Shown: positions 48,492-58,719, numbered from the stretch's first letter. The stretch: DNA of 64,000 bases from an uncultured Candidatus Saccharibacteria bacterium (GCA_964543385.1 CAZIYE010000001.1:215868-279867); one strand, 5' to 3'. Made by a program: numbers and translations. The notes: generated from the letters alone by a model not told the origin.

Positions 48492-49508
48492 CTAGTATCT
48501 TCCTACCTTGTTCCAGGCAAATCTTTGATGCTTCTTGATAGTTGCGGCGACCCTAAAAAGTGCATAAAAATATGAAATAATATTCATGATGTAAAATACT
48601 GGAAATAACAGGATATACGGTATTATCCACCACTTTTTTTCAATAATTGAGATCAAAAAGGCACATACGTAGATTGTCGCAAACATCCCAGAAACGATAT
48701 TTAAAATTATGGAAGGATAAAATATCGCAAGTGTCAATGAAGCTATCCAGATAAAATTATCCAGAAATAGGAAATTCAGTTCGAAATTATATTTAGAATT
48801 GATCTTGTGAAGTTTATGTTGAAAATAGTTCTGCCATGTACCCGTATTCCAGCGCAGAACTTGTCTCCAATAGTCTTTTATTGTGAGCGGGTCTTGAGTT
48901 ACTACAATTGCCTTTGATACATAAACCACTTCCCCCAACTTTCTCTGATGAATCTGAATAGTGAGATCAAAGTCCTCGGTCAAAGTTCCATTTTTTAAAT
49001 CTAGTTTTTTTAGTACTTTGCTGCTGTACATTGAGGCGCAACCAGGGGCAACGGTAATTACTCTGACAAAGTTCTGAGCATTTTTGTATACCCTATGAGA
49101 AAGCCCATACTCAAAGGTTCTAAATGCACTGATAAGACCTTTTTTGCGAGACTTAACAGTCCCCACTATCAATGCAGGATTTTCAGCAAGATGAACTTTT
49201 ATTTCCTCTAAAAAATTTGGGTCAAGCTCGCTATCTGCATCGGAAAATAGCACATATTTGTATCGTTTGATCAGTTGATACTTGTCAATAATTTTCTCCT
49301 GAGCGAGAGCCTTGCCGTGGTTTTTGCCTAAATCCAAAACAAATACTTCTTCCTTCCTTGCTAAACTCACTGTTCTATCCGTTGAACCATCGCTTACTAC
49401 ATAGATGTCCTTCTTATTAAAAATATTTTTTAAAGAACGCAAAGAAGAGGAAATAACCTTTTCCTCATTAAGGGCGGGTATAACCACGCAAAATTCTCTT
49501 TTGGTCAT
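48492..49508 (-). CDS. Processive family-2 glycosyltransferase (cellulose/chitin/PNAG-synthase-like) with C-terminal TM helices
   Basis: DGSTD, DADSE (DxD), GTLTEDFDLT (TED) and QVLRW (QxxRW) motifs; 3-4 C-terminal TM helices. Confidence 0.75.
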   Translation of the reverse strand: MTKREFCVVIPALNEEKVISSSLRSLKNIFNKKDIYVVSDGSTDRTVSLARKEEVFVLDLGKNHGKALAQEKIIDKYQLIKRYKYVLFSDADSELDPNFLEEIKVHLAENPALIVGTVKSRKKGLISAFRTFEYGLSHRVYKNAQNFVRVITVAPGCASMYSSKVLKKLDLKNGTLTEDFDLTIQIHQRKLGEVVYVSKAIVVTQDPLTIKDYWRQVLRWNTGTWQNYFQHKLHKINSKYNFELNFLFLDNFIWIASLTLAIFYPSIILNIVSGMFATIYVCAFLISIIEKKWWIIPYILLFPVFYIMNIISYFYALFRVAATIKKHQRFAWNKVGRY

Positions 49509-49621
49509 TATTTATTTCTCAACTTTTTAATTAATTTCGATGGTACAAAAATCACTCCCGCAAAAAAAGTAACCGCGAGGTGTCCCAAAAAACTTGGGCC
49601 AAATGCAAATGGAAAGTACAT
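49508..49621 (-). CDS. 37-aa hydrophobic single-TM peptide translationally coupled (TAATG overlap) to GT2 synthase
   Basis: AAGGAG SD 5 nt upstream of ATG; MYFPFAFGPSFLGHLAVTFFAGVIFVPSKLIKKLRNK; stop overlaps GT2 ATG. Confidence 0.4.
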   Translation of the reverse strand: MYFPFAFGPSFLGHLAVTFFAGVIFVPSKLIKKLRNK

Positions 49622-49836
49622 GTTGCTCCTTCTTTATTACTACCTTATTTACTTGTAACGATTAAGAACTATCTTACTTTTACTGAATGGTTTTTTTAGT
49701 AGTAAATGTCCTAATCAAGCAATACTTGCAATAAGCTAAAGTTATATAAAATCACAATTACAAAATCTGGTTTTAAATGTAAAACAATAGCATAGGTAAA
49801 AATCCATACAATTAAATAACAAGCAAGGAAAGGAAA

Positions 49837-52482
49837 ATGAACAAAACGATTTTTAAATTTATTGTCATCTTCTCTGTTTTAACCTCTGGACTAGTACCGG
49901 CTCCATATTCGAGCAAGGCTAAGGCTGTAGAAAACAATTTGGTATCCAACCCATCGGTTGAACAAATTGACAGCACCACCAATATCCCTGTCGGTTGGAA
50001 GAATGGTAATTGGGGTAGTAACATAACGTCCTACTCGGTTAACTCCATCGGATATAACAGCGATAGAAGCCTTAGAGTAGATATCACCAATTATCAAGAT
50101 GGTGATGCCAAATGGTATTTTGATAAGGTTACCGTTGATCCAACAAAAAAATATATATTCTCTGATTACTATCAATCTAATATATATAATGAAGTAGTTG
50201 CGGAACTAACAGATCTAAATAACAATGTTAGTTACCAATGGATGGGCGGTTTACAGGCGAGCACAGACTGGACAAGATCATCGTTTGAATTCGATGTACC
50301 AGCCGGAACAGCCTACCTAACTATTTATCATTTAATTAATTCCAATGGATTTCTAACCACTGACAGTTACACAATAAATGAGGTGGTCAATGAAAATGCC
50401 ACAATTACTGACAACGTACCAAATAATAGTTTAGAACAAATAAATTATCAGGATAATTCCCCTCTCTCTTGGAATAAGAATAGTTGGGGCACAAACACAG
50501 CTTCATTTGAATATTTAAACACCGGTCATACCGGTAGTAAATCAGCCAAAACTATAATATCTGACTATACTAGTGGTGATGCAAAGTGGTACTTTACACC
50601 TCAACAAATTGTCGGGGGAAAGACATATCAGTTTGCCGACTATTATCAATCCAGCATACCTTCACAGGTGATTCTAATGATCACCAAAAGTGATGGTAGC
50701 GTTGTATATCAGGAGCTAAAAAGCACCGAGCCAGCATCTGACTGGAAAGAATATAGTGATAATTTTAATATAGCTACCGATGTCTCAAACATATCGGTAT
50801 TGCATGTTATTTCTGCATCAGGATTTCTCATAACCGATGACTACTCTATTAAGGAAGTAATCCCTGAAAACGTTATCTATACCGATAATGTTCCAAATGC
50901 TGGGGCAGAGCAGGTTTCAGCAAATAGCAACTTACCCCTAGCATGGAATAGCAACAGTTGGGGCACTAATACGGCTACTTTCGAATACCTAGATACTGGC
51001 TATAGTGGTGCAAAATCTCTCAAAACTAGCATCTCTGGCTACACAGATGGTGATGCTAAATGGTATTTTAATAAGATAGCCCTAAATCCTGCTAGATATA
51101 CATTCTCTGATTATTATAAATCAGATGTGGCCTCTGATATCGTTGCCGAATTTGAAGATCAAAATGGCAATATCAGTTATCAATGGCTCGGGACATTTCC
51201 GTTATCAAGTGAATGGGCCGAGGCCTCTGTTAGCTTCGACCTGCCTAGCACAGCCAAATACTTTGCAATATTTCATCTTATTAGTCAAAATGGTTTCTTA
51301 ATAACTGATGATTATTCGATCAAAAAATCAGAAGATCGATCTCCTGATTTAACTATCCCAAATGGCAATGTCGAGGAAGTTTCCACTACAGATATCCACC
51401 TTCCATCTGGGTGGTCGACAGACAAATGGGGTACAAATACAGCTTCATTTGAGTATTTAAACACCGGATACAATAGTAACCGATCATTAAAAACCACTAT
51501 TTCCGCTTACACGAGAGGTGACGCTAAATGGTATTTCAATCACCAAAATGTTATACCGGGAACAACTTACCAATTTTCAAATTATTACCAGTCCGACATT
51601 CCCTCACAAGTAACAGTCGAGATAATAAAAGAAGATGGTAACTATGACTATCTGAACTTAAAGGTTGCCGAAGCATCGGCTACATGGCAGAAATACACCG
51701 ATACCTTCTCGATACCACTTGGGGTTAGTCAAATAACGATATTTCACTTTATCTCAGCAGTCGGTTTTCTTGTTACAGATAATTATTCGATAAATTCTTA
51801 CCAGCCAACCAGTTTTAGCAGACCAATTGTAAGCTTAACTTTTGACGATGGCTGGGAGGATAATGTCACTACTGCTTTGCCGGTTATGACTCAATATGGG
51901 TTCAGATCAACTCAATATTATGCAACCACTTTTATCAATAATAATCAGGCTGAGGCTGCCATCAAGATTGGCCAATTTGTCCTTGCGGGGCATGAAATTG
52001 GATCACATAGTATTACACATCCGGATCTGACAACTTTAAGCGAGGCTGATTTAATTGCAGAGATAGCAAGTTCCAAGGCGACTCTAGAAGGAATTGCTGG
52101 GTTAGGCAATATCAAGGCATTTGCAACACCATTTGGTGCCTATAATGCAAATGTAGTTACGAAAATACTGGAATATTATGAATCCCATCGTAGTACTGAC
52201 GTTGGCCTTAATACTAAAGATACCGCCAATATTGATAACATCCGGGTTAAGAATATGCTCTATAGCACCACTCTTGCAGAATATCAGTCATGGATCGACC
52301 AAGCTGTCCGTGATAATGCCTGGCTTGTCCTCGTTTACCATCGTGTTGCTGATAATCCTGGCGCTTATGATAGCTACATCTCGGATTTCGCCGCTCAAAT
52401 GCAGTATGTTAACAATTCAGGGATAACCGTTTTGCCTGTCAGCGAAGCCTTAACCGAAATCACAACACAAATCACGCTATAA
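49837..52482 (+). CDS. Secreted protein with four tandem ~150-aa CBM-like beta-sandwich modules and C-terminal CE4 (NodB) polysaccharide deacetylase domain
   Basis: Signal peptide; four repeats sharing WGTNTASFEYLNTGY...GDAKWYF...YQFS.YYQS...GFL.TDDYSI; CE4 motifs SLTFDDGWEDN, GHEIGSHSITH, ATPFGAYN; AAGGAAAGGAAA SD. Confidence 0.8.
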   Translation: MNKTIFKFIVIFSVLTSGLVPAPYSSKAKAVENNLVSNPSVEQIDSTTNIPVGWKNGNWGSNITSYSVNSIGYNSDRSLRVDITNYQDGDAKWYFDKVTVDPTKKYIFSDYYQSNIYNEVVAELTDLNNNVSYQWMGGLQASTDWTRSSFEFDVPAGTAYLTIYHLINSNGFLTTDSYTINEVVNENATITDNVPNNSLEQINYQDNSPLSWNKNSWGTNTASFEYLNTGHTGSKSAKTIISDYTSGDAKWYFTPQQIVGGKTYQFADYYQSSIPSQVILMITKSDGSVVYQELKSTEPASDWKEYSDNFNIATDVSNISVLHVISASGFLITDDYSIKEVIPENVIYTDNVPNAGAEQVSANSNLPLAWNSNSWGTNTATFEYLDTGYSGAKSLKTSISGYTDGDAKWYFNKIALNPARYTFSDYYKSDVASDIVAEFEDQNGNISYQWLGTFPLSSEWAEASVSFDLPSTAKYFAIFHLISQNGFLITDDYSIKKSEDRSPDLTIPNGNVEEVSTTDIHLPSGWSTDKWGTNTASFEYLNTGYNSNRSLKTTISAYTRGDAKWYFNHQNVIPGTTYQFSNYYQSDIPSQVTVEIIKEDGNYDYLNLKVAEASATWQKYTDTFSIPLGVSQITIFHFISAVGFLVTDNYSINSYQPTSFSRPIVSLTFDDGWEDNVTTALPVMTQYGFRSTQYYATTFINNNQAEAAIKIGQFVLAGHEIGSHSITHPDLTTLSEADLIAEIASSKATLEGIAGLGNIKAFATPFGAYNANVVTKILEYYESHRSTDVGLNTKDTANIDNIRVKNMLYSTTLAEYQSWIDQAVRDNAWLVLVYHRVADNPGAYDSYISDFAAQMQYVNNSGITVLPVSEALTEITTQITL

Positions 52483-52550
52483 TATACCATACAAAAACAG
52501 GCTAGATATCTAGCCTGTTTTGTTGTATCAAAAGCTATTCTTTTATGTAG

Positions 52551-53291
52551 TCATCCTACCATCTTCAAGAACTTCTTGCTCTTCAGCTCTTGCTCCAGAA
52601 TGTTTTGTATATACTTCGCCAATAATTCTTCCGCCTCGTATTGAACTTCCCCGCCAAACTTCAGTAAATTAATTCTCGCAAAATCATTCTTTTCTATAAA
52701 TCTCAAAAGCTTGATTGTCTCATCTGAAATCGTATGTCCGTGATGAAATTTTCCTTGGCAATTTTCGCAGATTATGCCACCCTCAATCGCATCCCAAAAA
52801 TTTTTTTCTGGAGTTATTTTTTCCTTACAGTGAATACAATTGTAGAGTTCGGGCTTAAAACCCAGTGCCTCTATCAACTTCAGTTCGAAAGCCCTTACAA
52901 AAATAAGTCTGTCTGTTTTTTCTAATGATTCAAGAGAGGAAACAAACAGAGCAAAAACATCATTTAATCTCTGTTCTTCTTGCAAAAATTTATCAATCAA
53001 TTCTCCCAGAAAAAAGGCCTGTGCGGTTTTCCTGATATCTGTATGTATATTAGAGAAATCATTCTCTATTCGTGCACCTGTTACAGTATAAAAAGTTTTC
53101 CCTTCATAAAACTGCAGATCTAATAACATAAATGGTTCTAGTGAACCGGCTAGATGAGACTTTATCTTTCTTATACCCTTTGCAATAACTTTAACTTTTC
53201 CAAAACGTTCAGTAAAAACAGTTAATATCTTATCAGCTTCACCAAAATTAATCCCCCTCAAAACTATCCCTTTTGTTTTGTATGTTGCCAT
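52551..53291 (-). CDS. recO: DNA repair protein RecO
   Basis: N-terminal OB-fold MATYKTKGIVLRGINFGE.DKIL and C-terminal zinc finger CIHC...CENC. Confidence 0.8.
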   Translation of the reverse strand: MATYKTKGIVLRGINFGEADKILTVFTERFGKVKVIAKGIRKIKSHLAGSLEPFMLLDLQFYEGKTFYTVTGARIENDFSNIHTDIRKTAQAFFLGELIDKFLQEEQRLNDVFALFVSSLESLEKTDRLIFVRAFELKLIEALGFKPELYNCIHCKEKITPEKNFWDAIEGGIICENCQGKFHHGHTISDETIKLLRFIEKNDFARINLLKFGGEVQYEAEELLAKYIQNILEQELKSKKFLKMVG

Positions 53292-53337
53292 ATTAGAAAA
53301 GGATAACAAAAGACGAGATAAAAGAGAAATTATTTGA

Positions 53338-54093
53338 CTACTGATTGCGCCGCTGTAATATTTCTTCAGCTTTTTTTAGTTGCTCAGGATTATTTATACC
53401 GAGACCCTCACCAATCTCAGAGACAGGAATACATAAGACTTTTTTGTTTTGATTTGCAGCAATTTTTATCATGTCGGTTAGGTAATATTCCCCTTGAGCA
53501 TTATTGGTGCTCAATTTATCATAATTACCCCAAAACCAATCAGCATCAAAGATATAAAAGCCAGGATTACACTCCTCGATATCTAGTTGTTCCTCACTGC
53601 AATCTTTTTGCTCAACAATATCAACTACATGATTGCTTTCATCCTTAATAATTCGCCCAAAAGCCCAAAATCGAGGATTATTAAAAACTACCGAAAGCAT
53701 AGCTATTGTAGGCTTCTCCTTTTCATGGAGATCAATCAGCCTCCTAACAGTTTCCGGTTTATACAATGGATTGTCGCCATAGAAGACTATTATAGATTCT
53801 GCTTTGCCTTTAAGCACACTCCTTGCTTGGGCTGCTGCATGGCCAGTACCAAGTTGTTGTTCTTGCACTGCGTACTCAACTTCGTCGCCAAAATATTCTT
53901 CAATAAGCTCTTTTCTATATCCCACAACCAAAACAACCTTTTTTATGCCAGCATCTTTTATTAATTTGACGCTATGATATATCACTGGCTTTCCAGCCGC
54001 CTCAAACATAACTTTTGGAATTGGCGAGGCTACACCCTCATTCATTCTAGTCCCCTTGCCCGCAGCAAGTATTACAGCAGCATATTTCTCCAT
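53338..54093 (-). CDS. Sugar-1-phosphate nucleotidyltransferase; GlmU N-terminal (GlcNAc-1-P uridyltransferase) domain-like, lacking LbetaH acetyltransferase domain
   Basis: AVILAAGKGTRM and QQLGTGHAAAQA motifs as in GlmU; 251 aa. Confidence 0.7.
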   Translation of the reverse strand: MEKYAAVILAAGKGTRMNEGVASPIPKVMFEAAGKPVIYHSVKLIKDAGIKKVVLVVGYRKELIEEYFGDEVEYAVQEQQLGTGHAAAQARSVLKGKAESIIVFYGDNPLYKPETVRRLIDLHEKEKPTIAMLSVVFNNPRFWAFGRIIKDESNHVVDIVEQKDCSEEQLDIEECNPGFYIFDADWFWGNYDKLSTNNAQGEYYLTDMIKIAANQNKKVLCIPVSEIGEGLGINNPEQLKKAEEILQRRNQ

Positions 54094-54198
54094 GCGATGC
54101 TCCTTGATCTTAAAATTAGTTAACGATTCGAGTATAGCAAAAAATTATTATAAAACGAAAGGGCGAAACACCTATTTTAAAGGTGTTTCGCCGGCCAT

Positions 54199-54504
54199 TC
54201 ACCAAGCATAGTGAGCTCGTGTCCCCCTTTTTTTATCTTGTCCCTTGCAAATAGCAAAGAGCTGACGTGCAAACAGGATTTCGATAGTCGAAAAATCTGT
54301 AAGCTGTGCGACTAAATCCTCTTGGCAAGTCGCACCATGATTGATCAAATTGATCACCTGTTGGGCCTTTTCGCCCAATAGAACGATCTGACCAACCGCA
54401 TGAGGTCTTCTGGATTCTGGTAGCCCCATGATGGAAGCCACAAGATCAGCAGTTGCATTATCAAGCATCGATGCTTCCCCTTCTCTGCTATCTGGTTCGG
54501 ACAT
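54199..54504 (-). CDS. Hypothetical protein in GC-elevated patch
   Basis: 101-aa ORF; G+C clearly above flanks. Confidence 0.35.
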   Translation of the reverse strand: MSEPDSREGEASMLDNATADLVASIMGLPESRRPHAVGQIVLLGEKAQQVINLINHGATCQEDLVAQLTDFSTIEILFARQLFAICKGQDKKRGTRAHYAW

Positions 54505-54777
54505 AAAATGTCCCCCCTTTTGTTTGATATACTGAGATCCGATAGCTACCTATCCGATCTCTCCAGACAAACAAAAAACTGGCCCAAGCCAGCTATTTAT
54601 TCACTATTATTAATTTATAATTCGACTACACAAAAAATGCCGGCTTTACCAGATAATCAGATTGCCACCACCAATTTTGTGAATGATTAATCATTTCTAA
54701 TATATTAACATAAGCGATAATAATTTAAAAAGTGGGTGGGGCCGCTTATTAGGCGGCCACCCGGTCGAAAGAATGTC

Positions 54778-55041
54778 TTAATTGCATAATGCAATCCTCT
54801 GACATTCAAGATGATGGATTGGATAGTCCTTCATCAGAAAATAATAACGAGTTATCGCCTTGAGGCGCTCATTCAAGATGATGCCACACCGAGCAAATGC
54901 GTCAAAAGCATCACTTTCGCTTGATGCAGCAAGAACAACTGGGGGTAAGAATTCTTTGGCTAATGCCATTAACTCTTTGCCGCTAATAACCGACCTATCC
55001 TTGGAAGAACGATCAGGACGGCAGAAATAGCTACTCATCAC
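54778..55041 (-). CDS. Hypothetical protein in GC-elevated patch
   Basis: 87-aa ORF. Confidence 0.3.
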   Translation of the reverse strand: MMSSYFCRPDRSSKDRSVISGKELMALAKEFLPPVVLAASSESDAFDAFARCGIILNERLKAITRYYFLMKDYPIHHLECQRIALCN

Positions 55042-55497
55042 ACAGCTCCTTTGGGGTTTTTGGTATTATACAGCGACTTGCATAAGCAAATCGCCATAAA
55101 TAACAAAAAATCTGGCCTTTTGGCCAGCTTTGTTAAATTTTTTTTATAACTTTATGAACTTTTAATTAAAAATTGCTGGCCTTTGGTCAGATGTAAAGTA
55201 AAAGTAAAACCAGTTTTTAGTAGTAATAATATTCATCGATATAATCAATCTAGCAAATCATCATTTTGATGTCAATTAAACAGCTTGGGTGACGGGAGAG
55301 TGCTGTATACATGTTGCCAGCACTCTCCCCGACCTTACATTTGAATTGTCGCCGGATCCTTTAGGCACTTGCCCTTAGGATGATGGCGACGGCACTTGGG
55401 ACACCACACGGGGATGTCCACGCCATCAGATGGCGTTGAGGGGGGAATCCATGGTTGCCGCTTTCGCGGCATCTCAGAGGGGGTTGTCGGCATGATT

Positions 55498-55929
55498 TCA
55501 CTCCAACTGATAAGAGGTGTAGCCCACCTCGGCGATACGGCGGGGAACGACGTCCCACGAGTTGGGACAGACAGTGCACTGGTAATGACCATTGCTGGTC
55601 ATGATACCATTGTTCGCGCGACACTCAGTGCAGTACCTGTCGGTCAATCGGAACTTCTCACCATTTCCGATAGCATAGGCCGGGAAACGATGCCCGAAGA
55701 TGTTGGGGAATACCGTTCCTCCGAAGAGACGGACGTTGATGTGACCGTCACTGGTTTCTACGAAGGCGTCAGGGATGACCAGCATCCTGAGATGGCGATT
55801 GTGCATCCATGCATTAGTCATTACCAATTCCGGTATGTTAGGAAGACAGTCATTGAAACGCTCCCCAGAGCGAACGATGATCGAGCCGATCGGTTTGATA
55901 CGGCTCTTAGGGCGGTGACGATTCGGCAT
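55498..55929 (-). CDS. Hypothetical Cys-rich protein (CxxC...CxxC), possibly zinc-binding; coding frame uncertain in GC-rich segment
   Basis: 143-aa ORF with CTEC ... CTVC; several overlapping ORFs on both strands so frame assignment is tentative. Confidence 0.3.
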   Translation of the reverse strand: MPNRHRPKSRIKPIGSIIVRSGERFNDCLPNIPELVMTNAWMHNRHLRMLVIPDAFVETSDGHINVRLFGGTVFPNIFGHRFPAYAIGNGEKFRLTDRYCTECRANNGIMTSNGHYQCTVCPNSWDVVPRRIAEVGYTSYQLE

Positions 55930-56110
55930 AACAGGACTCCTTTGTCAGGGGATTTGACGAACAAATTCGTCTATATGAGGTATATAGCAAAATAAGCAAT
56001 AAATCAAGTTATGAGATAATTATTGCTTATGACAATTCTTTATCGAGTTCACTAAATTTATTACCTGCCAAAAATTGGTTTGAGATTATCTGTGTTACTT
56101 CCTTGCCAAA

Positions 56111-56470
56111 TCATTTAGGAATCTCAAAATTTCTCTTAGTATCCTCATTGTCAAAGACAACCTCAGCCAAGACAAGACCTTCTAATTTGCCATGAAATAT
56201 ATCGACACGAATCTCCGTAACTAGAGATGAGATATAATACCGAGTCTTCTCAAGTCTCTTTTTTGTCAAAGGCCAGATAAGATCGAATTCTTCTTTTGAT
56301 ATATTGATATTTTCATATTCACGAATCCCTTTATCAAAAGGAATTGGCATTGATTTCTTTGTAATTGAATATAGATTACCTTTTTGCAAATTCTTGTGGC
56401 TTCGCCACCAACACCAAAATAGCCCTATTCTATTTCTTCATGAGCACATTGATCCATGTTTTTTGGAGAT
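56111..56470 (-). pseudogene. Probable degraded CYTH-domain (triphosphate tunnel metalloenzyme) gene: intact C-terminal part, disrupted N-terminus
   Basis: 92-aa ORF (non-ATG start) ends ...VDIFHGKLEGLVLAEVVFDNEDTKRNFEIP like the CYTH C-terminus; upstream out-of-frame MDQCAHEEIE-stop resembles the CYTH EIERKF start. Confidence 0.35.
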
Positions 56471-56553
56471 TTTTTACTAAATAGGTTGCTTCAATTCTAA
56501 TCGTCTTCACTCCTTGTTCATATTCCGGTCATTAAATAAATTTGAAAATAAAA

Positions 56554-57420
56554 TTAACGCTGACAAACAGGACAGTAATGAGTACCTCGACCACCGACTG
56601 TTATCCTTTTTATGACATCATTGCATCCCCTTGGACAAAGCTCGCCAGTTCTATGGTAAACATTCAGATAATTTTGCATTCCGCCCTTTTTTCCATCTGC
56701 GTCGACATAATCACTATCAGTCGTGCCGCCATATTTAATCGCTTTTTCCAGAATCATTATAGTTGATTTTATAATCTTTTCCCATTCATCCCGAACGATA
56801 TCTTTGACTTTTCGCAGAGGAGAGATCATAGAATCGAAGAGAATTTCATCAGCATAAATATTGCCTATTCCAGCAACAATAGCCTGATCCATCAAAAATT
56901 GTTTGATATTTTTGTTCGGCATCCTACCAGCTTTTCGAAAGAGATATTCTGCTGTAAATCCTTCAGAAAAAGGTTCTGGTCCATAACTTTCCGTAAAGAT
57001 TCTATCTATTTCTTCTTTTGGCAAAAGCTTACACCAACCAAACTTTCGCATATCATTAAAAAATAATTTTGACCCATCATTAAAATAAAATATCATTGCC
57101 GTCGTCGAATTTGGGAGTTTTGCATGCCAATTATGATCGGGGTGGCCACCCGCGAACCGATCATCTGCAGCTTTCAACTCTTGCCTGTATATCAGCTGTC
57201 CTGTCATTTTGAGATGAAAAAGCAAATATTTATTGTTTGATAATCCAAAAGCAATTATTTTTGCCCGACGTTCTATGCTGAAGATTTCACAACCAACCGC
57301 TTCTATCGCGCTGCCAAAAAAAGACTTGGGGAATAAAATATCAATATCGACTATCTTCTTGCCGACAATTCTTTGGCTTAGTCCCCTTCTGATTGTCTCT
57401 ACCTCTGGTAATTCTGGCAT
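56554..57420 (-). CDS. mutM: Formamidopyrimidine-DNA glycosylase
   Basis: N-terminal MPELPEVE, H2TH region, C-terminal zinc finger CPRCG...CPVCQ. Confidence 0.9.
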   Translation of the reverse strand: MPELPEVETIRRGLSQRIVGKKIVDIDILFPKSFFGSAIEAVGCEIFSIERRAKIIAFGLSNNKYLLFHLKMTGQLIYRQELKAADDRFAGGHPDHNWHAKLPNSTTAMIFYFNDGSKLFFNDMRKFGWCKLLPKEEIDRIFTESYGPEPFSEGFTAEYLFRKAGRMPNKNIKQFLMDQAIVAGIGNIYADEILFDSMISPLRKVKDIVRDEWEKIIKSTIMILEKAIKYGGTTDSDYVDADGKKGGMQNYLNVYHRTGELCPRGCNDVIKRITVGGRGTHYCPVCQR

Positions 57421-57433
57421 ATTAAAAAATATT

Positions 57434-58123
57434 TTAAAGATAAGTTATCGCCTGGCTCAAACTCTTGATTTTCAAATTATCATCATCTTTTGATGCCCCC
57501 GCGATAACTGATGTCCTCATAGGATCATCCTTGTCAGCATCTTTTCGCTGTATTTCAATTGAGATACAATTTGGAAATGATTTTTTAACGTTTCGAATCG
57601 TATCTGCTCGATCGTCAATAATAGCAAATCTATCTCCGTCTGTCACCAGTTTATCAAGATATTTCCATTTTTGGATATCAGTAATGTAAATGTTGTCAAA
57701 ATATAAATCAACACCGGCATTAACTATTTTTTTCCTCTGGAAGCCAATATCACCAAGGGAAAGCAGATCTAATATGTAAAGATCACGGTCGAGAGATTTT
57801 AAAAAGTCAAAAGTATCGGTATAAATAAATTTTGATACTTGAGAATAAGATTCCTCAATCGCCGTTGATATACTTTTCTGGTCAAAAACCCTCACCTCTC
57901 TAAGTCTTTTAGCAAGACCCTCAGGTGAAAACTTATAGTCTAAGCACTCCTCCCTATATTTTTCCAGAATTTCTTCTGCCGAGAATCCAGCGCCTTCAAA
58001 GATCTTGAACAAAATCTCTCGATACAGACTTGTATCAAAAATCGTCCCATCAAAATCCAAGAAAATTCTTGTTTTAGCCATTTTTTGATCAATCATTAAT
58101 AATTTTCTATATAATAATAGCAA
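57434..58123 (-). CDS. HAD-superfamily hydrolase
   Basis: motif I FLDFDGTIFDT, downstream HAD motifs. Confidence 0.7.
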   Translation of the reverse strand: MLLLYRKLLMIDQKMAKTRIFLDFDGTIFDTSLYREILFKIFEGAGFSAEEILEKYREECLDYKFSPEGLAKRLREVRVFDQKSISTAIEESYSQVSKFIYTDTFDFLKSLDRDLYILDLLSLGDIGFQRKKIVNAGVDLYFDNIYITDIQKWKYLDKLVTDGDRFAIIDDRADTIRNVKKSFPNCISIEIQRKDADKDDPMRTSVIAGASKDDDNLKIKSLSQAITYL

Positions 58124-58145
58124 CTTCCGTATGGCTTATAAAGCG

Positions 58146-58174
58146 GTTGACAAAATTATCACACTTATATAGTA
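58146..58174 (+). promoter_or_regulatory. Sigma70-like promoter TTGACA-N17-TAGTAT upstream of padR; near-palindrome ATTTATTGATAAAT at ~58240 as possible operator
   Basis: seen directly. Confidence 0.35.
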
Positions 58175-58299
58175 TAAAGATACTAAGACGAGCGAGGGAA
58201 TGCTCATTTTTTAATTTATATATTTTGAAATTTATTCATTTATTGATAAATTGCCAAATAATAAAATGGATGAATGGATAAATAACACGGAGTGTCGCT

Positions 58300-58644
58300 A
58301 TGGATTTGACAAGAGAAGGATACTGGCGAAAATTGATAAATCAGGGTTTGATCAAATTCTTTTTGCTCAAAGTTTTATATAAAGATAAAGAGAGCTACGG
58401 TTATAGAATTGTCAAAAGAATAGAAGAATTATCAGACGGAACATGCCGACCGACCGAATCAACAATTTATCCTGCTCTAGAACAGCTAAGAAAAGACGGC
58501 TATGCGATTACCAGAGAGGTCTCTGCTGGCGCTAGAAAAAGAATAATTTATTCACTTACAGAATCTGGCAGAGCTGCATACAGAGCTGCTGCGAAATCCT
58601 ATGGTGAAATAATACCATTACTGAGAGAATCTATACTTCTCTAA
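58300..58644 (+). CDS. PadR-family transcriptional regulator
   Basis: wHTH core GYRIVKRIEELSDGTCRPTESTIYPALEQLRKDGY. Confidence 0.75.
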   Translation: MDLTREGYWRKLINQGLIKFFLLKVLYKDKESYGYRIVKRIEELSDGTCRPTESTIYPALEQLRKDGYAITREVSAGARKRIIYSLTESGRAAYRAAAKSYGEIIPLLRESILL

Positions 58645-58719
58645 GCTATATCCATTTAAAAAACTTGACATATTTGCTATACTTAAGTAGGTTAGATAAT
58701 TAAAAAAATCAGGAGAAAT

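Noticed and set aside
55335-55995. Overlapping ORFs 55335..55592(-), 55361..55624(-), 55396..55995(+)
   Set aside because: GC-rich segment; low-complexity translations. Only the 55498..55929(-) frame has protein-like composition, and even that is low confidence.
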